DNA of 62,370 nucleotides from a virus (taxonomy: Duplodnaviria; Caudoviricetes). The position numbers and the translations under genes are program-made. How positions within the stretch are numbered: the stretch's first letter is position 1; every line of letters begins with the position of its first letter. The stretch is from the IMG/VR virus record IMGVR_UViG_3300023184_000125, positions 1-62,370 of that record; one strand, given 5' to 3'. Shown here one piece after another: positions 50,089 to 59,893 of the stretch. The notes beneath the pieces are model-generated. The model was not told the origin of the DNA. It searched no databases and saw only the letters and a list, made by a program, of their open reading frames with translations.

Positions 50089-51023
50089 ATTGTTTCGTTT
50101 AAAATTTTAATACCCGTTAAATACATCGCAAGTTGTCTTTCTTTACTGTCATAATGCCTAGCACACATTCCAATATATATCATACCTTGTATGAAATTTA
50201 TATTTTTTTTATTTTCATTTGAAAATTTCGACCAAAATGAATCGAATGCGTCTTTTTTATTTTGTGTATCGTTTAAAGTTAATTCATATTCGCTTTTAGA
50301 TGTTTTTTTAACATTAAATTTATCGTTTATAAAAAATTCATACCCACCATCAACGGAGTGTGCCAATTTAGATAAATCATATAAAGTATCGCCATATATC
50401 CCTCTTTTTCCAAAAGAACCCCTCATATCTATTAATTTAATACCTGCAATGTCATGATATAAAATGTTACTGAAACACATATCACCATGAATCATATTTG
50501 ATTTGTAATTTAATAAATCGTTTAAAATTTTATTAGTGTTTGATTCGTTCCAAATAATTTCAAAATTTTTATATTCCTTTCCATTTAATATTAAAATGTC
50601 ATTGTAAAACAAATCTGAATCTTCAAATGAATTTTTAAAATTAATATATTCATTTAATGTTTTATCAAAATACATTTGTTTTGCGTGAGAGGATGTATTA
50701 TCGTCTTTATCGTTTTGACTTCTGAATACTTCTATTATTGATTTAATATTATCAAAAACATCATTCCAATTTATCAATAAATTGGATATTATATATTCTC
50801 CTAAATTTTTATAAGGATAATATTCCAAGATCATGGAATATTCATCATTTATTCTTGATGAAGAAAATTTTCTGGGAAAAAGAAAAGAAACATTTTTCGG
50901 AATACTTTCATAATAATTTATTTCGTCGTTTAACCTTGAAGAAGTACTGGATTTTACTATTCTTCCGTTTGAAATTTTTTCAATTTTATTATATGCTCTA
51001 GTTAAAAAATTAGAGTTTTCCAT
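50085..51023 (-). CDS. APH/choline-kinase-fold sugar kinase
   Basis: VKS, E..YY, FP, LEYY, HGDMCFSNIL, LIDMRG, YDLSKL.HS. Confidence 0.8.
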   Translation of the reverse strand: MENSNFLTRAYNKIEKISNGRIVKSSTSSRLNDEINYYESIPKNVSFLFPRKFSSSRINDEYSMILEYYPYKNLGEYIISNLLINWNDVFDNIKSIIEVFRSQNDKDDNTSSHAKQMYFDKTLNEYINFKNSFEDSDLFYNDILILNGKEYKNFEIIWNESNTNKILNDLLNYKSNMIHGDMCFSNILYHDIAGIKLIDMRGSFGKRGIYGDTLYDLSKLAHSVDGGYEFFINDKFNVKKTSKSEYELTLNDTQNKKDAFDSFWSKFSNENKKNINFIQGMIYIGMCARHYDSKERQLAMYLTGIKILNETI

Positions 51024-51627
51024 ATTTCGATTCTATAATCTCATCAATAGAAATAATATTTAAATTAAATTTAACCGCTAACTCTTCGAGTTGTGGAAGT
51101 CTTGCCATAGACCCATCTTCATTCATAACTTCAATTATAACGGCAACTGGCGGCAGTTCGGCTGATAAACAAATTTCTATACTGGATTCCGTGTGTCCTT
51201 GTCGATCTTTCAAAAGTCCTTTTCTGGCTCTTAAAGGAAAAAGATGACCGGGTTGACAAAAATCAGTAGGTATACTAGTTTCACTTGTAAATTTGTTTAT
51301 TGTAACTAAACGATCTTTAACACTTACTCCTGTTGTAGAGTCTCCATTTGAATCTATACTATTCGCAAAGGGTGTTGAATATTTATCCAATTTATTGGTA
51401 TGCGTCATTGGTATATCTAAGCGTTCTAATCTGTCGCTTAGACATGGTAAACACATTATACCTCTTGCCCATCTAGCCATGAAAGCAAGATTTTCTACAT
51501 TAGCTTTCGATGCTGCTATCATTAAATCGCCTTCATTTTCTCTATCATAACTATCCACAATTATAACCGGTTTTCCTGCAATTACATCTTTTATGATGTT
51601 TTCATATGAGTTTGTATAATTTAACAT
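51010..51627 (-). CDS. ribB: 3,4-dihydroxy-2-butanone 4-phosphate synthase
   Basis: DRENEGD, ARGIMC, TTGVS..DR, PGHLFPL, RQGHTE, EVMNEDGSMAR. Confidence 0.95.
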   Translation of the reverse strand: MLNYTNSYENIIKDVIAGKPVIIVDSYDRENEGDLMIAASKANVENLAFMARWARGIMCLPCLSDRLERLDIPMTHTNKLDKYSTPFANSIDSNGDSTTGVSVKDRLVTINKFTSETSIPTDFCQPGHLFPLRARKGLLKDRQGHTESSIEICLSAELPPVAVIIEVMNEDGSMARLPQLEELAVKFNLNIISIDEIIESKYGKL

Positions 51628-51649
51628 ATTGTTTGTCTTTATTAAAATT

Positions 51650-51690
51650 AACACTATTTTTTAAAAAATCAACACTATTTTTTAAAAAAT
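51650..51690. repeat. Tandem direct repeat of 20 bp upstream of ribB
   Basis: AACACTATTTTTTAAAAAAT at 51650-51669 and 51671-51690. Confidence 0.85.
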
Positions 51691-51763
51691 AAATATTATT
51701 TTTTAATAATTTTTTCTGTTTATGTCATCATCTACCAACAATTAATAATGCTATTTTCATATT

Positions 51764-52726
51764 TTATAATTTATCTAAAAAAACAGTTTTAAATTTTTGC
51801 ATAACATTTTCTGGTGTAAAATTTTTATATGCATTCCAGTCTTTTTCTGGTTGTGGTATAAAATTTTTAAAAATGTTAAAAAGAGAATCGTAATTGTTAT
51901 AATATAAACCTTTTTCTTTTAAAGTAAATATATGATTTTTTTCTGATGAATCTGAATATGTTATTACTGGTTTATTACATGATGAAAATTCAGCAACAGC
52001 TGCTCCAAAGGATTCTCCCTCGAATCTTGAATGTATCATAGCATCACACGTATTGATAAATTTTCTTTTATAACTTAAATCCGCAAACGGTTCATGAAAA
52101 AGTATACGTTCATGTGTTGTAAATTTTGGCGTGTTTACTAAAATAAAATAAACATTTGGTATACTATTAACAAAATTTGTTATTGCATCATTTACAAACG
52201 ATATATTCCAAGAACCACTGTTACCAATTCTCCCAAAAACAATAGCATCGTCTGGTATATTAAATTTATGTCTTAAATTTTCATTACTTTCTGGTAAATT
52301 AACCATATATGGGACATATGGATTTTGTTTATTAGAATATGTTTCACTTAACCACTCGCTTACATATGCATAAACCAATCCATGTGGATCATTATGACAC
52401 CCAACAACATGAATAAACATTGGAACCGAATTTACATATCTACCATCATTTTTTAAACCACATTTTTGAATATACATTGCATCGAGATTTAAAGATTTGC
52501 AATAAATTTCAAGTTCATTCATATTATGTTCGCCATTTAATTCTATTACTTCTAAATTTTCTTTAAATTTTTTGGCAGCGTCTGGATGTGTTATATAATG
52601 GTTTTTATCGCAAAAGAAAAAGGATTTATTTCCTAATAATTTTTCATTATAGTATGCATAGTCAAAACAACTAACACCAGTACCTAAAATATCTAAATGT
52701 GGCTGATAAAAACCTATTCTTTTCAT
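51764..52726 (-). CDS. GT-B glycosyltransferase
   Basis: G...FDYA.YNE, HG.VYAYVSEWL, FGRIG, CDAMIH.R..GESFG.A.AEF...NKPV. Confidence 0.8.
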   Translation of the reverse strand: MKRIGFYQPHLDILGTGVSCFDYAYYNEKLLGNKSFFFCDKNHYITHPDAAKKFKENLEVIELNGEHNMNELEIYCKSLNLDAMYIQKCGLKNDGRYVNSVPMFIHVVGCHNDPHGLVYAYVSEWLSETYSNKQNPYVPYMVNLPESNENLRHKFNIPDDAIVFGRIGNSGSWNISFVNDAITNFVNSIPNVYFILVNTPKFTTHERILFHEPFADLSYKRKFINTCDAMIHSRFEGESFGAAVAEFSSCNKPVITYSDSSEKNHIFTLKEKGLYYNNYDSLFNIFKNFIPQPEKDWNAYKNFTPENVMQKFKTVFLDKL

Positions 52727-53427
52727 TTAAAAATTCTAATGTTTTGAGTTTCGACGCTCCAGTGTGGTTTAAAATCAAGCAATTCTCCACTATGTTCATG
52801 TTTAAAACTACAATAATCCCTATAATCAAATGAATAAACTTTAGTTTTAATGTTATTAAATTCAAAATTTTGCATTTTTTGATTAATTATGGTATCATCC
52901 GTATAATAAATGTTCAAATTTAATGGGGATAATACGTCTCTAACTGCATTTGAAAAAACATTCGGACCTGTCAATTCAAATATATCATGTGTAGTTTTAT
53001 TTAAAATGTTATAAACACATTTTTTTAATGTATTTTCTAATATTGGATGATTTTTATCAAACATCAAACACCATTGTACAAATTTATTTGGGTTATTTTC
53101 TCTTGATATTACTGCTTTGTCATTTTCACCAATTAAAGAATCTAAGTTTGAATGTATTCCCGAATCCAAATCTAAATATATTCCTCCATTTTTATATAAA
53201 ATGGCATATCTCCACAAATCAGCTTTAGCCGCACCGATGTTTAAACTTTCATATGCATCAACTACTTGTTTCCCAAAATTACTTTGCATAAAATAAAATG
53301 CATCCGCATCATCATATATTTCATATGAATAATTTGGATTTAACTCCATGGTTCTATCAATTATTTTTTTTGTTTTATCTGGTAATTTTTTAGTTATCCA
53401 CGTTTGATATATTTTTTTTGGAATCAT
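52723..53427 (-). CDS. GT32 (OCH1-like, DxD) glycosyltransferase
   Basis: IPKKIYQTW, ADLWRY..LY..GGIYLDLD, TGP. Confidence 0.9.
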   Translation of the reverse strand: MIPKKIYQTWITKKLPDKTKKIIDRTMELNPNYSYEIYDDADAFYFMQSNFGKQVVDAYESLNIGAAKADLWRYAILYKNGGIYLDLDSGIHSNLDSLIGENDKAVISRENNPNKFVQWCLMFDKNHPILENTLKKCVYNILNKTTHDIFELTGPNVFSNAVRDVLSPLNLNIYYTDDTIINQKMQNFEFNNIKTKVYSFDYRDYCSFKHEHSGELLDFKPHWSVETQNIRIFK

Positions 53428-53462
53428 TTTATATTAATAATATATACCATATAAAAACAACA

Positions 53463-53474
53463 TGTCAATTGACA
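53463..53474. promoter_or_regulatory. Back-to-back TTGACA hexamers (palindrome TGTCAATTGACA) between divergent genes
   Basis: Perfect 12-bp palindrome in a 74-bp divergent intergenic region. Confidence 0.6.
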
Positions 53475-53501
53475 TTTAAAAAAAAATATTAAATAAAGAA
53501 T

Positions 53502-54050
53502 ATGAGCGACATTCAATATTACAGAACAAGAAGCGAGTTATTAGATTTAATTCCAGAAAATTCAAATATATTAGAAATTGGAGTGTTTAAGGGTGATTTT
53601 TCAAAGGAAATTATTAAAAAAACAAAATTTAACAATTTGTTTTTTGTTGATATATGGCATGGTGAATATGGTTCCGGTGATAAAGATGGTAATAACCATT
53701 TAATAGTCGAAAGTATGGAATCCGTTTATATTTCTTTATATAAACAAGCAATGGATAAACCAAACATACACCTTATAAGAATGGATTCTGTTAATTTTTT
53801 AAAAAATTGGTATAATGATTACTTTGATGCTATATATATTGATGGAGATCACACCGAAGAAGTGGTCTATAATGATTTAATTCTATCATTAGACCGTATT
53901 AAAAGTGGTGGTTTATTAATGGGGCATGATTATGGCAGTTGTCATGGGGTTACTTCCGCAGTTAGCAGATTCTGTGAACAGTATAATCAAAAACTTATTG
54001 GGTTAGCTATGGATGGATGTCAATCTTTTGTAATAAAAATATCAAAATAG
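53502..54050 (+). CDS. Class I SAM-dependent methyltransferase
   Basis: LEIGVFKG, VDIW, IYIDGDH, GG...GHDY. Confidence 0.85.
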   Translation: MSDIQYYRTRSELLDLIPENSNILEIGVFKGDFSKEIIKKTKFNNLFFVDIWHGEYGSGDKDGNNHLIVESMESVYISLYKQAMDKPNIHLIRMDSVNFLKNWYNDYFDAIYIDGDHTEEVVYNDLILSLDRIKSGGLLMGHDYGSCHGVTSAVSRFCEQYNQKLIGLAMDGCQSFVIKISK

Positions 54051-54878
54051 TATATTTTGTATTTTGTCTTTTATATCATTTAAATTTATTTCATTTTTAA
54101 ACAATGGTTCGTTTAAAACGTTAAGATATTTTTGATCATCGTTATCAATTTGTTTAATATGATCTAAAAAATGATCTAAATTTTCATAATTTATTAAATT
54201 TAAACAACAATTCTCATTAAAATCTTGTGAAAAACTTTTATCCGAATAATATAATGGGATATTACCAGCTATTTTAGCGTGGAGTAATTTTTCGGTAAAA
54301 TATCCCGGATATACGCTATTCTCAAAACAAATACTAAATTTATAATTTGATAAAATATCAAGTTTTACATCTTCACCATCGGGTAGATGGTTTTGATGTA
54401 TTTTACCATAACAATCAACTGATTTGTAAGATTGTATTTTGTTTATTGTGTCAAATCTTAAACTTATAGGCTTACTGAAAACCGAAGCGCAGAATTTTGT
54501 TTTTTCTTTCTTTATGTATTTGTTTATAAAACTTAAGGGTATTAAAGTTTTTGGATCCCCATAACCTTTGACATTAAACCAGTCTATATATAACATCCAA
54601 AGGGGTAATCTTATATTTCTCCCACTATATTTGTCAAAATCAAAAGTTAAAGAATAATTGCAATGATTAAAATCGGGTCTTATATTTTCTCCAGTAAAAA
54701 AAACCTTTTTACAGTGATTGTATCTTTTATTTGAATCGCCAAAACATGAAAATATGATCACATCGGCATTAGAAGCATCCGTTATAATAACATTTTCTTT
54801 AATTTGTTTAAATAAATGAATAAAAAAGTTATTATTTGGATCAAAAGATCCCCAAAAATCTAAAAATGCAATATTCAT
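54042..54878 (-). CDS. GT10 alpha-1,3-fucosyltransferase-like protein
   Basis: FTGEN.RP, RLP.W, YKFSICFENS...GYFTEK. Confidence 0.9.
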   Translation of the reverse strand: MNIAFLDFWGSFDPNNNFFIHLFKQIKENVIITDASNADVIIFSCFGDSNKRYNHCKKVFFTGENIRPDFNHCNYSLTFDFDKYSGRNIRLPLWMLYIDWFNVKGYGDPKTLIPLSFINKYIKKEKTKFCASVFSKPISLRFDTINKIQSYKSVDCYGKIHQNHLPDGEDVKLDILSNYKFSICFENSVYPGYFTEKLLHAKIAGNIPLYYSDKSFSQDFNENCCLNLINYENLDHFLDHIKQIDNDDQKYLNVLNEPLFKNEINLNDIKDKIQNILF

Positions 54879-55600
54879 CGTAAATGTGATAAAAACTGTA
54901 TAACTTTAGAATTACCTCTATAATTATTTCCCCACTGTGTTGGGTCTGGATAAGGATATAAATTGTTTTTCTTTGAAAGTAATGATAATATAGATTGATC
55001 GTGTCGATTATCTTTAAATTCTAAATAATTTTTATCATTACTTGGTAAATCTGTTAACAGTTGTTCATCACACGAAAGTTCAAGCCATTCTTTAACAAAA
55101 TTTTTACTAAAATTATTGTTTTTTATTATTATGAATGCCCCATTAAATTGACAGTTATATTTTCCAGTATAATAATAATCATCTTCACAACCCATTTTTA
55201 CAAATATATCTCTTTTTGTATATGTTTTTTCGGGATTCAAATTTTCATTTCCCAAAGATGATATAAATGTTAATATACCTTGAGTTTCTTCCAGTATTTC
55301 AAATAATGGCGTTATATCTTTATCAATTCTAATGGAAGAATCCGCATAAATAATTATGTCATTTTCATTAGATTGATTTAAAAATTCATTAATAAAATAT
55401 GGTTTCCATAACCAAAATCCAGCTCCTCTGGGTTGGTTCAGTATATGTAAATATTGTTTATAAAAATTTATATATATATTATTTTTATTTAATTCATATA
55501 CCTCATCAAAAATATTGAATTGTCTTGCTATTTGTGCATTGCATTTTTGACTTTCTATGTGTTTAGGGTTTAAATCTGCATAATTAAAAAATATTTTCAT
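54875..55600 (-). CDS. Putative glycosyltransferase
   Basis: RGAGFWLWKP, YADS, RHDQSILS. Confidence 0.65.
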   Translation of the reverse strand: MKIFFNYADLNPKHIESQKCNAQIARQFNIFDEVYELNKNNIYINFYKQYLHILNQPRGAGFWLWKPYFINEFLNQSNENDIIIYADSSIRIDKDITPLFEILEETQGILTFISSLGNENLNPEKTYTKRDIFVKMGCEDDYYYTGKYNCQFNGAFIIIKNNNFSKNFVKEWLELSCDEQLLTDLPSNDKNYLEFKDNRHDQSILSLLSKKNNLYPYPDPTQWGNNYRGNSKVIQFLSHLR

Positions 55601-55605
55601 ATGTT

Positions 55606-56217
55606 TTAAATTAGTGAAATATAAAAAGCATCATTATAACTTAATCTTTCTAGAAATTTATAATTTTTATTAGATAAATAATTTTCAATTTCTTCTCTTT
55701 TATTTTCACATGTTGTGGTTTCTATTAAAATATATTTAGGTCTATATTTTTCAAAATCCAACCCATCTAAAACATTAATCTCATATCCTTCAACATCTAA
55801 GGAGAATAAATCAATTTTTTTAATATCATATTTATCTAATAGTTTCGTTAATGTTATTGCATTAACTTCAGTTATTTGTTCTGCGTTTAAAGTTTTATCA
55901 CTGTATTTATTTCCATCAATACATTGACCATTCAAAGAAATATTTTTAAAATATCCCTTTATAGTTTTATCTTTATAAGATGAAGAAACCAATGCAAAAT
56001 TTTCCACTATATCATTTGGTCTGTTTATCTTACACACATTATAAATATCAGGATTTGCTTCTACTAATAAGCCTTTCCAATTATATTTTTGATTATAATA
56101 AAGTGTATTGTTCTGTGAAACTCCATCATTTGCTCCACATTCTATATAAAAACCATTAAAAATATCTTTAAAATATTTTTCCATTTTTAAATCTAACTGA
56201 TCTAAAGAATAACTCAT
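55606..56217 (-). CDS. FkbM-family methyltransferase
   Basis: YIECGANDG..NT, W.GLLVE, IDLFSLDVEGYE; start reassigned to MSYSLDQ. Confidence 0.9.
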   Translation of the reverse strand: MSYSLDQLDLKMEKYFKDIFNGFYIECGANDGVSQNNTLYYNQKYNWKGLLVEANPDIYNVCKINRPNDIVENFALVSSSYKDKTIKGYFKNISLNGQCIDGNKYSDKTLNAEQITEVNAITLTKLLDKYDIKKIDLFSLDVEGYEINVLDGLDFEKYRPKYILIETTTCENKREEIENYLSNKNYKFLERLSYNDAFYISLI

Positions 56218-56269
56218 ATTAAAACCAGTATAGTTTATATTTTTAAAATTGCAAATATTTTCATATATT

Positions 56270-56926
56270 TTAAAACTTTTCGTTTTGTATAGCTGTTTCA
56301 AATAAACCATTTGGATATGCTAATGGCGGTTCCCACCAATAATTCTGTAAATTTAATTTTGTAATAATTCTATTATAGAACCAATCCGCAGCATCATTTA
56401 TATTTTTTAATTCTGATATCATTTTATATGCCCCTTGATTACTAATAGCATATGCATGAGTACATCTAGATCCGTCATGTTTATAAATATTATTAAATCC
56501 ATCATATGGGTGGTTTAATTGACAACATGATCCAACCCAAGCTAAATCCCAATTTTCTGGCATTTGTTTCATGTATGAATTAAACTTTTCAATAAAGTTT
56601 TCTACTAGTAAAAAATCGTCTTCGAATACTAAAACTTTATTATATTTTTTATCTATTATATCTTTTATAATATAAAAATGTTTTAATAATAGTGAAATTT
56701 CGCTTAATTTTAAAGGTATATTCTTAGGTCCATTTCCTAAACTGCTAAATATATTAGGAAATTCTTTTTTAATATCATCAACATCCCATGTATTTTTATC
56801 ATAACACTCTACCCATTCATAATCATAAATCTGATTATCCGTTAGGTGTTTTTTAATCCATTCTTTTCTATCTTTTAATTTATTCCAATGGCATATATAT
56901 ACTTTATCAATGTTTAAAAAATTCAT
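56270..56926 (-). CDS. GT25-like glycosyltransferase
   Basis: DKVYI, RK, SEIS..KH, LVFEDD, WD..W.G, THAY.IS, AD. Confidence 0.85.
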   Translation of the reverse strand: MNFLNIDKVYICHWNKLKDRKEWIKKHLTDNQIYDYEWVECYDKNTWDVDDIKKEFPNIFSSLGNGPKNIPLKLSEISLLLKHFYIIKDIIDKKYNKVLVFEDDFLLVENFIEKFNSYMKQMPENWDLAWVGSCCQLNHPYDGFNNIYKHDGSRCTHAYAISNQGAYKMISELKNINDAADWFYNRIITKLNLQNYWWEPPLAYPNGLFETAIQNEKF

Positions 56927-57803
56927 TTAATTGTTTAATAATATTAACACACATTCCATCTAAAGTAAAGTACTGTGGGTATATTTCTTGTATATAATCT
57001 AACATCTCTTGATATCTTTGATCATTTATCGATTTTAATATATTATCAATATTATTAATATCTTTATATTCTACTAAGACGGCTAATTTATTCCAGTCAA
57101 TTACATTTGAAAATGGTATATATGGTGTTCCATAATATACAAAAACTGGAACTGATCCTAATTGCATTGCTTCATACAATCTAAAACTTGTTGCGCCATA
57201 TCCTCTAGGGCATAATGTAAATTTACTTCTCGTTGTGATATCGAGAAACATATTTTTTCTATCTTCGTCAACTACACCCTGCCACACTCTAGGTTTTAAT
57301 ATATATTCCGGTTTATTATTAAGAGTATTTAACATATCCATTCTGGTTTTATGACCCATTTCTCCAAAAATGTTGACCGGAGCATTCACGCTTCCCACAA
57401 AACTACAAAATATATCTTTTTCTTTCTTTTCAATATTTTCAATCGGACTGCATATTAAAGGTATTGGTATACAATCTTTCATATTTCCTCCAGCTGAAAA
57501 TTTTAATGTTTTAGGTGGTAAATTCTCTAAAGGAGCATCATCATGTTGTGAAACTGTAAAATATTTTTTATCTCTATCTAAAGAATTTAATAACTCTTGT
57601 AATTTATTTTTTAAATGAGGTCTATGTAAGTAAATATCGGTCCATGATATAGGTAAAAATTGATATCCCGTATCATCTATAGATTTCCTATTTTTTATAT
57701 AAAAATCTATAAAATATCTCTCCATATAAAACCCTTTATGATATGGGGGATATGGAGATTGTTCAATTTCTAATATAAATTCATTAAATGGTGCTAGTTT
57801 CAT
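56907..57803 (-). CDS. Exostosin/GT47-like glycosyltransferase
   Basis: SFVGS, R, SKFTLCPRGYG.TSFRLYEA...GSVPV, PF...IDW. Confidence 0.85.
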   Translation of the reverse strand: MKLAPFNEFILEIEQSPYPPYHKGFYMERYFIDFYIKNRKSIDDTGYQFLPISWTDIYLHRPHLKNKLQELLNSLDRDKKYFTVSQHDDAPLENLPPKTLKFSAGGNMKDCIPIPLICSPIENIEKKEKDIFCSFVGSVNAPVNIFGEMGHKTRMDMLNTLNNKPEYILKPRVWQGVVDEDRKNMFLDITTRSKFTLCPRGYGATSFRLYEAMQLGSVPVFVYYGTPYIPFSNVIDWNKLAVLVEYKDINNIDNILKSINDQRYQEMLDYIQEIYPQYFTLDGMCVNIIKQLNEFFKH

Positions 57804-58515
57804 TATTTTTTAAAACTAAAATTGGTTGGGCGGGACAGTCATTCGTATATGGAGTATCCCAAATTTCTTTGGTTACTCCATATTTTCCAATCAAATCCCA
57901 AGAATTTATTAACATCGGTAATCTAATTTTACCATATACTCTATGAGCATTCCACACTATTTCATCTTGTCCGACTGGAACCGCTAAATATAAAACTCCA
58001 TCGGATTTTAAATGGTTTCTAATATTTTTCATTGCTTCCAAATCTGCATTTGGATTTATAGGATCTCCATATCTTCCTAATCCATCATGTTCATATGAAG
58101 ATATGGAAAAAATAACATCAAATTTTGAATTATTTAATTCGTGTGGTTGTATATAATTTACCTTTGGGACTACATTATCCTGTTTTCTATATTCTACTAC
58201 TGTGCATGTTTTACAACCAAATTCTAAAGCTATAGATTCATACCACGGCATTAAGGATCCTATTATTAGGACGTTTTTATTATGTATAGGAAAGTCTGTT
58301 AGTGCTTGATATAACCAATTGTCAGTTTGTCCATAATAATTAGTTTGTCTATATTTAGCCATTTCTTTCAAATGCATTATAACATTTTGTTCGTATAGAT
58401 GAGACACTTTAACATCTGATTCATTAAAGTACCATTCTCTTATTGGTATTTTTGAATCTAAGGTAAATTCTTTAATTTGTTTTTCTGATAAATCTTGTAA
58501 TCTAGGCGAATTCAT
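57784..58515 (-). CDS. DUF268-like methyltransferase-fold protein
   Basis: IGS..PWYE, VEY, FD...SISS.EHDGLGRYGDPI.P, VPVG.D...WNAHRVYG..RL. Confidence 0.8.
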   Translation of the reverse strand: MNSPRLQDLSEKQIKEFTLDSKIPIREWYFNESDVKVSHLYEQNVIMHLKEMAKYRQTNYYGQTDNWLYQALTDFPIHNKNVLIIGSLMPWYESIALEFGCKTCTVVEYRKQDNVVPKVNYIQPHELNNSKFDVIFSISSYEHDGLGRYGDPINPNADLEAMKNIRNHLKSDGVLYLAVPVGQDEIVWNAHRVYGKIRLPMLINSWDLIGKYGVTKEIWDTPYTNDCPAQPILVLKNNETSTI

Positions 58516-58517
58516 TT

Positions 58518-59210
58518 TTATTTTAAATATAATTGTGTTAATGTTTGAAATATATCATTAAAATTTTTATCATTTGAATATGAAAAACAATCATCTCTCA
58601 TGGTATGATCATATTCATACCCTTTAACGCATTTAATGAAATTTCCACTACTTAACCACAGGTAATTATAGTACAATACTTCCATTGTATATTCAACAAA
58701 TTTATAATCTATATTTTTAGCAACTTCTAAATATCTTTTTTTGGGGACTAGATAATTTCCGACATTTAAAAAACATAATAAAAACTGTAGATTATTTTTA
58801 ACTAAATTAAAATCTAAATTAAAGTCTGATATAGTTTTAAAATTAAATTTAGGTCTTGCGAAATCCGGCGCGTAAATAGTATTATCATTAAAATTTAAAT
58901 CAGAAAATAAAGAATTAAAAGAATTTACATCTAAAAAATTATCAGAATCCATTAATAATACCCAATTATTTTTACAATTATTAAGTAAATTAACTCTTCC
59001 TAATAGTGGTTTTATTCGTTTTTCATTTTGAAAAACTTTAATATTTTCTGTTTCGATAGATTTTAATTTTTCAAAATCGTTTTTGCTACAGTCATCTTGA
59101 ATTATAATTTCGTTTATTACTCCATTTGACAAATCGAAATAATTTTTTTCTAATTGTTTCTCTATATAAGAAAAACTATTGTAATTTAAAAAACCTAAAG
59201 TTACATTCAT
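58518..59210 (-). CDS. GT2-like glycosyltransferase
   Basis: EIII.DDCS, WV.LMDSDN, LN.GNY. Confidence 0.75.
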   Translation of the reverse strand: MNVTLGFLNYNSFSYIEKQLEKNYFDLSNGVINEIIIQDDCSKNDFEKLKSIETENIKVFQNEKRIKPLLGRVNLLNNCKNNWVLLMDSDNFLDVNSFNSLFSDLNFNDNTIYAPDFARPKFNFKTISDFNLDFNLVKNNLQFLLCFLNVGNYLVPKKRYLEVAKNIDYKFVEYTMEVLYYNYLWLSSGNFIKCVKGYEYDHTMRDDCFSYSNDKNFNDIFQTLTQLYLK

Positions 59211-59893
59211 AATGTTTTAACTTTTTGCTTAACAACATCCATTATTTTAATTTTATCTTTAAAACATTTAACCCAATTAGCATGATGTATTATTATGTTT
59301 TTAGGTATATTAAACTCTTCTACTCCATCCCAATGACTCATCGGTTGTCCGTTTCTAGGTCTTTGCATAGATATTTCACCATACGTCCAATATTCTTTAG
59401 TTAAAAATTTAGCATTAAAAGCTATTTTTGGATACTCTGCAAATCTACCAATTAAATGGTTAAAACAAACTTGTTCTTCTGGAAATAAATGAAGATTACC
59501 TTTAACTGTTTGTAAAAAAGCACGAGTATTTGGAGTAGATTTCATAATAAAAAATCCAGTATTAACCCCTCCTATATAATCATTTTGAAATGCAGCATCA
59601 AATCCTTGTACTTGTGATAGTAAATCATTATAAAATGGTTTAAAAAATTGAATGTCGGGGTCTGAAAAAATAAAATATTCACCATCCTTTGTCTCATATG
59701 CTGCATCGATAAAGCATTGTACTTTATACATCATCGTTTCCCTCCATCCGTCACTATGAAATTCAGATGTTTTGCATACTTGTGGTTTAAATTTTACAAT
59801 TAATTCTAAATTAGATTCAAATGGAAAACTTTTTATAAAGTAATCTTTAAACATCTGATGATGTGATTCTGTAAAAACTGTATATAATTTCAT
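59207..59893 (-). CDS. Nucleotide-diphospho-sugar transferase (GT77-like)
   Basis: FSDPDIQFF, NTGFF, EQ..FN, HHANW, K. Confidence 0.8.
   Translation of the reverse strand: MKLYTVFTESHHQMFKDYFIKSFPFESNLELIVKFKPQVCKTSEFHSDGWRETMMYKVQCFIDAAYETKDGEYFIFSDPDIQFFKPFYNDLLSQVQGFDAAFQNDYIGGVNTGFFIMKSTPNTRAFLQTVKGNLHLFPEEQVCFNHLIGRFAEYPKIAFNAKFLTKEYWTYGEISMQRPRNGQPMSHWDGVEEFNIPKNIIIHHANWVKCFKDKIKIMDVVKQKVKTL

Noticed and set aside
51010-51627. ribB as a simple riboflavin auxiliary gene with an FMN riboswitch
   Set aside because: No other rib genes in the window, no riboswitch-like sequence in the AT-only upstream gap, and it overlaps a sugar kinase gene. Not fully excluded without the whole genome.
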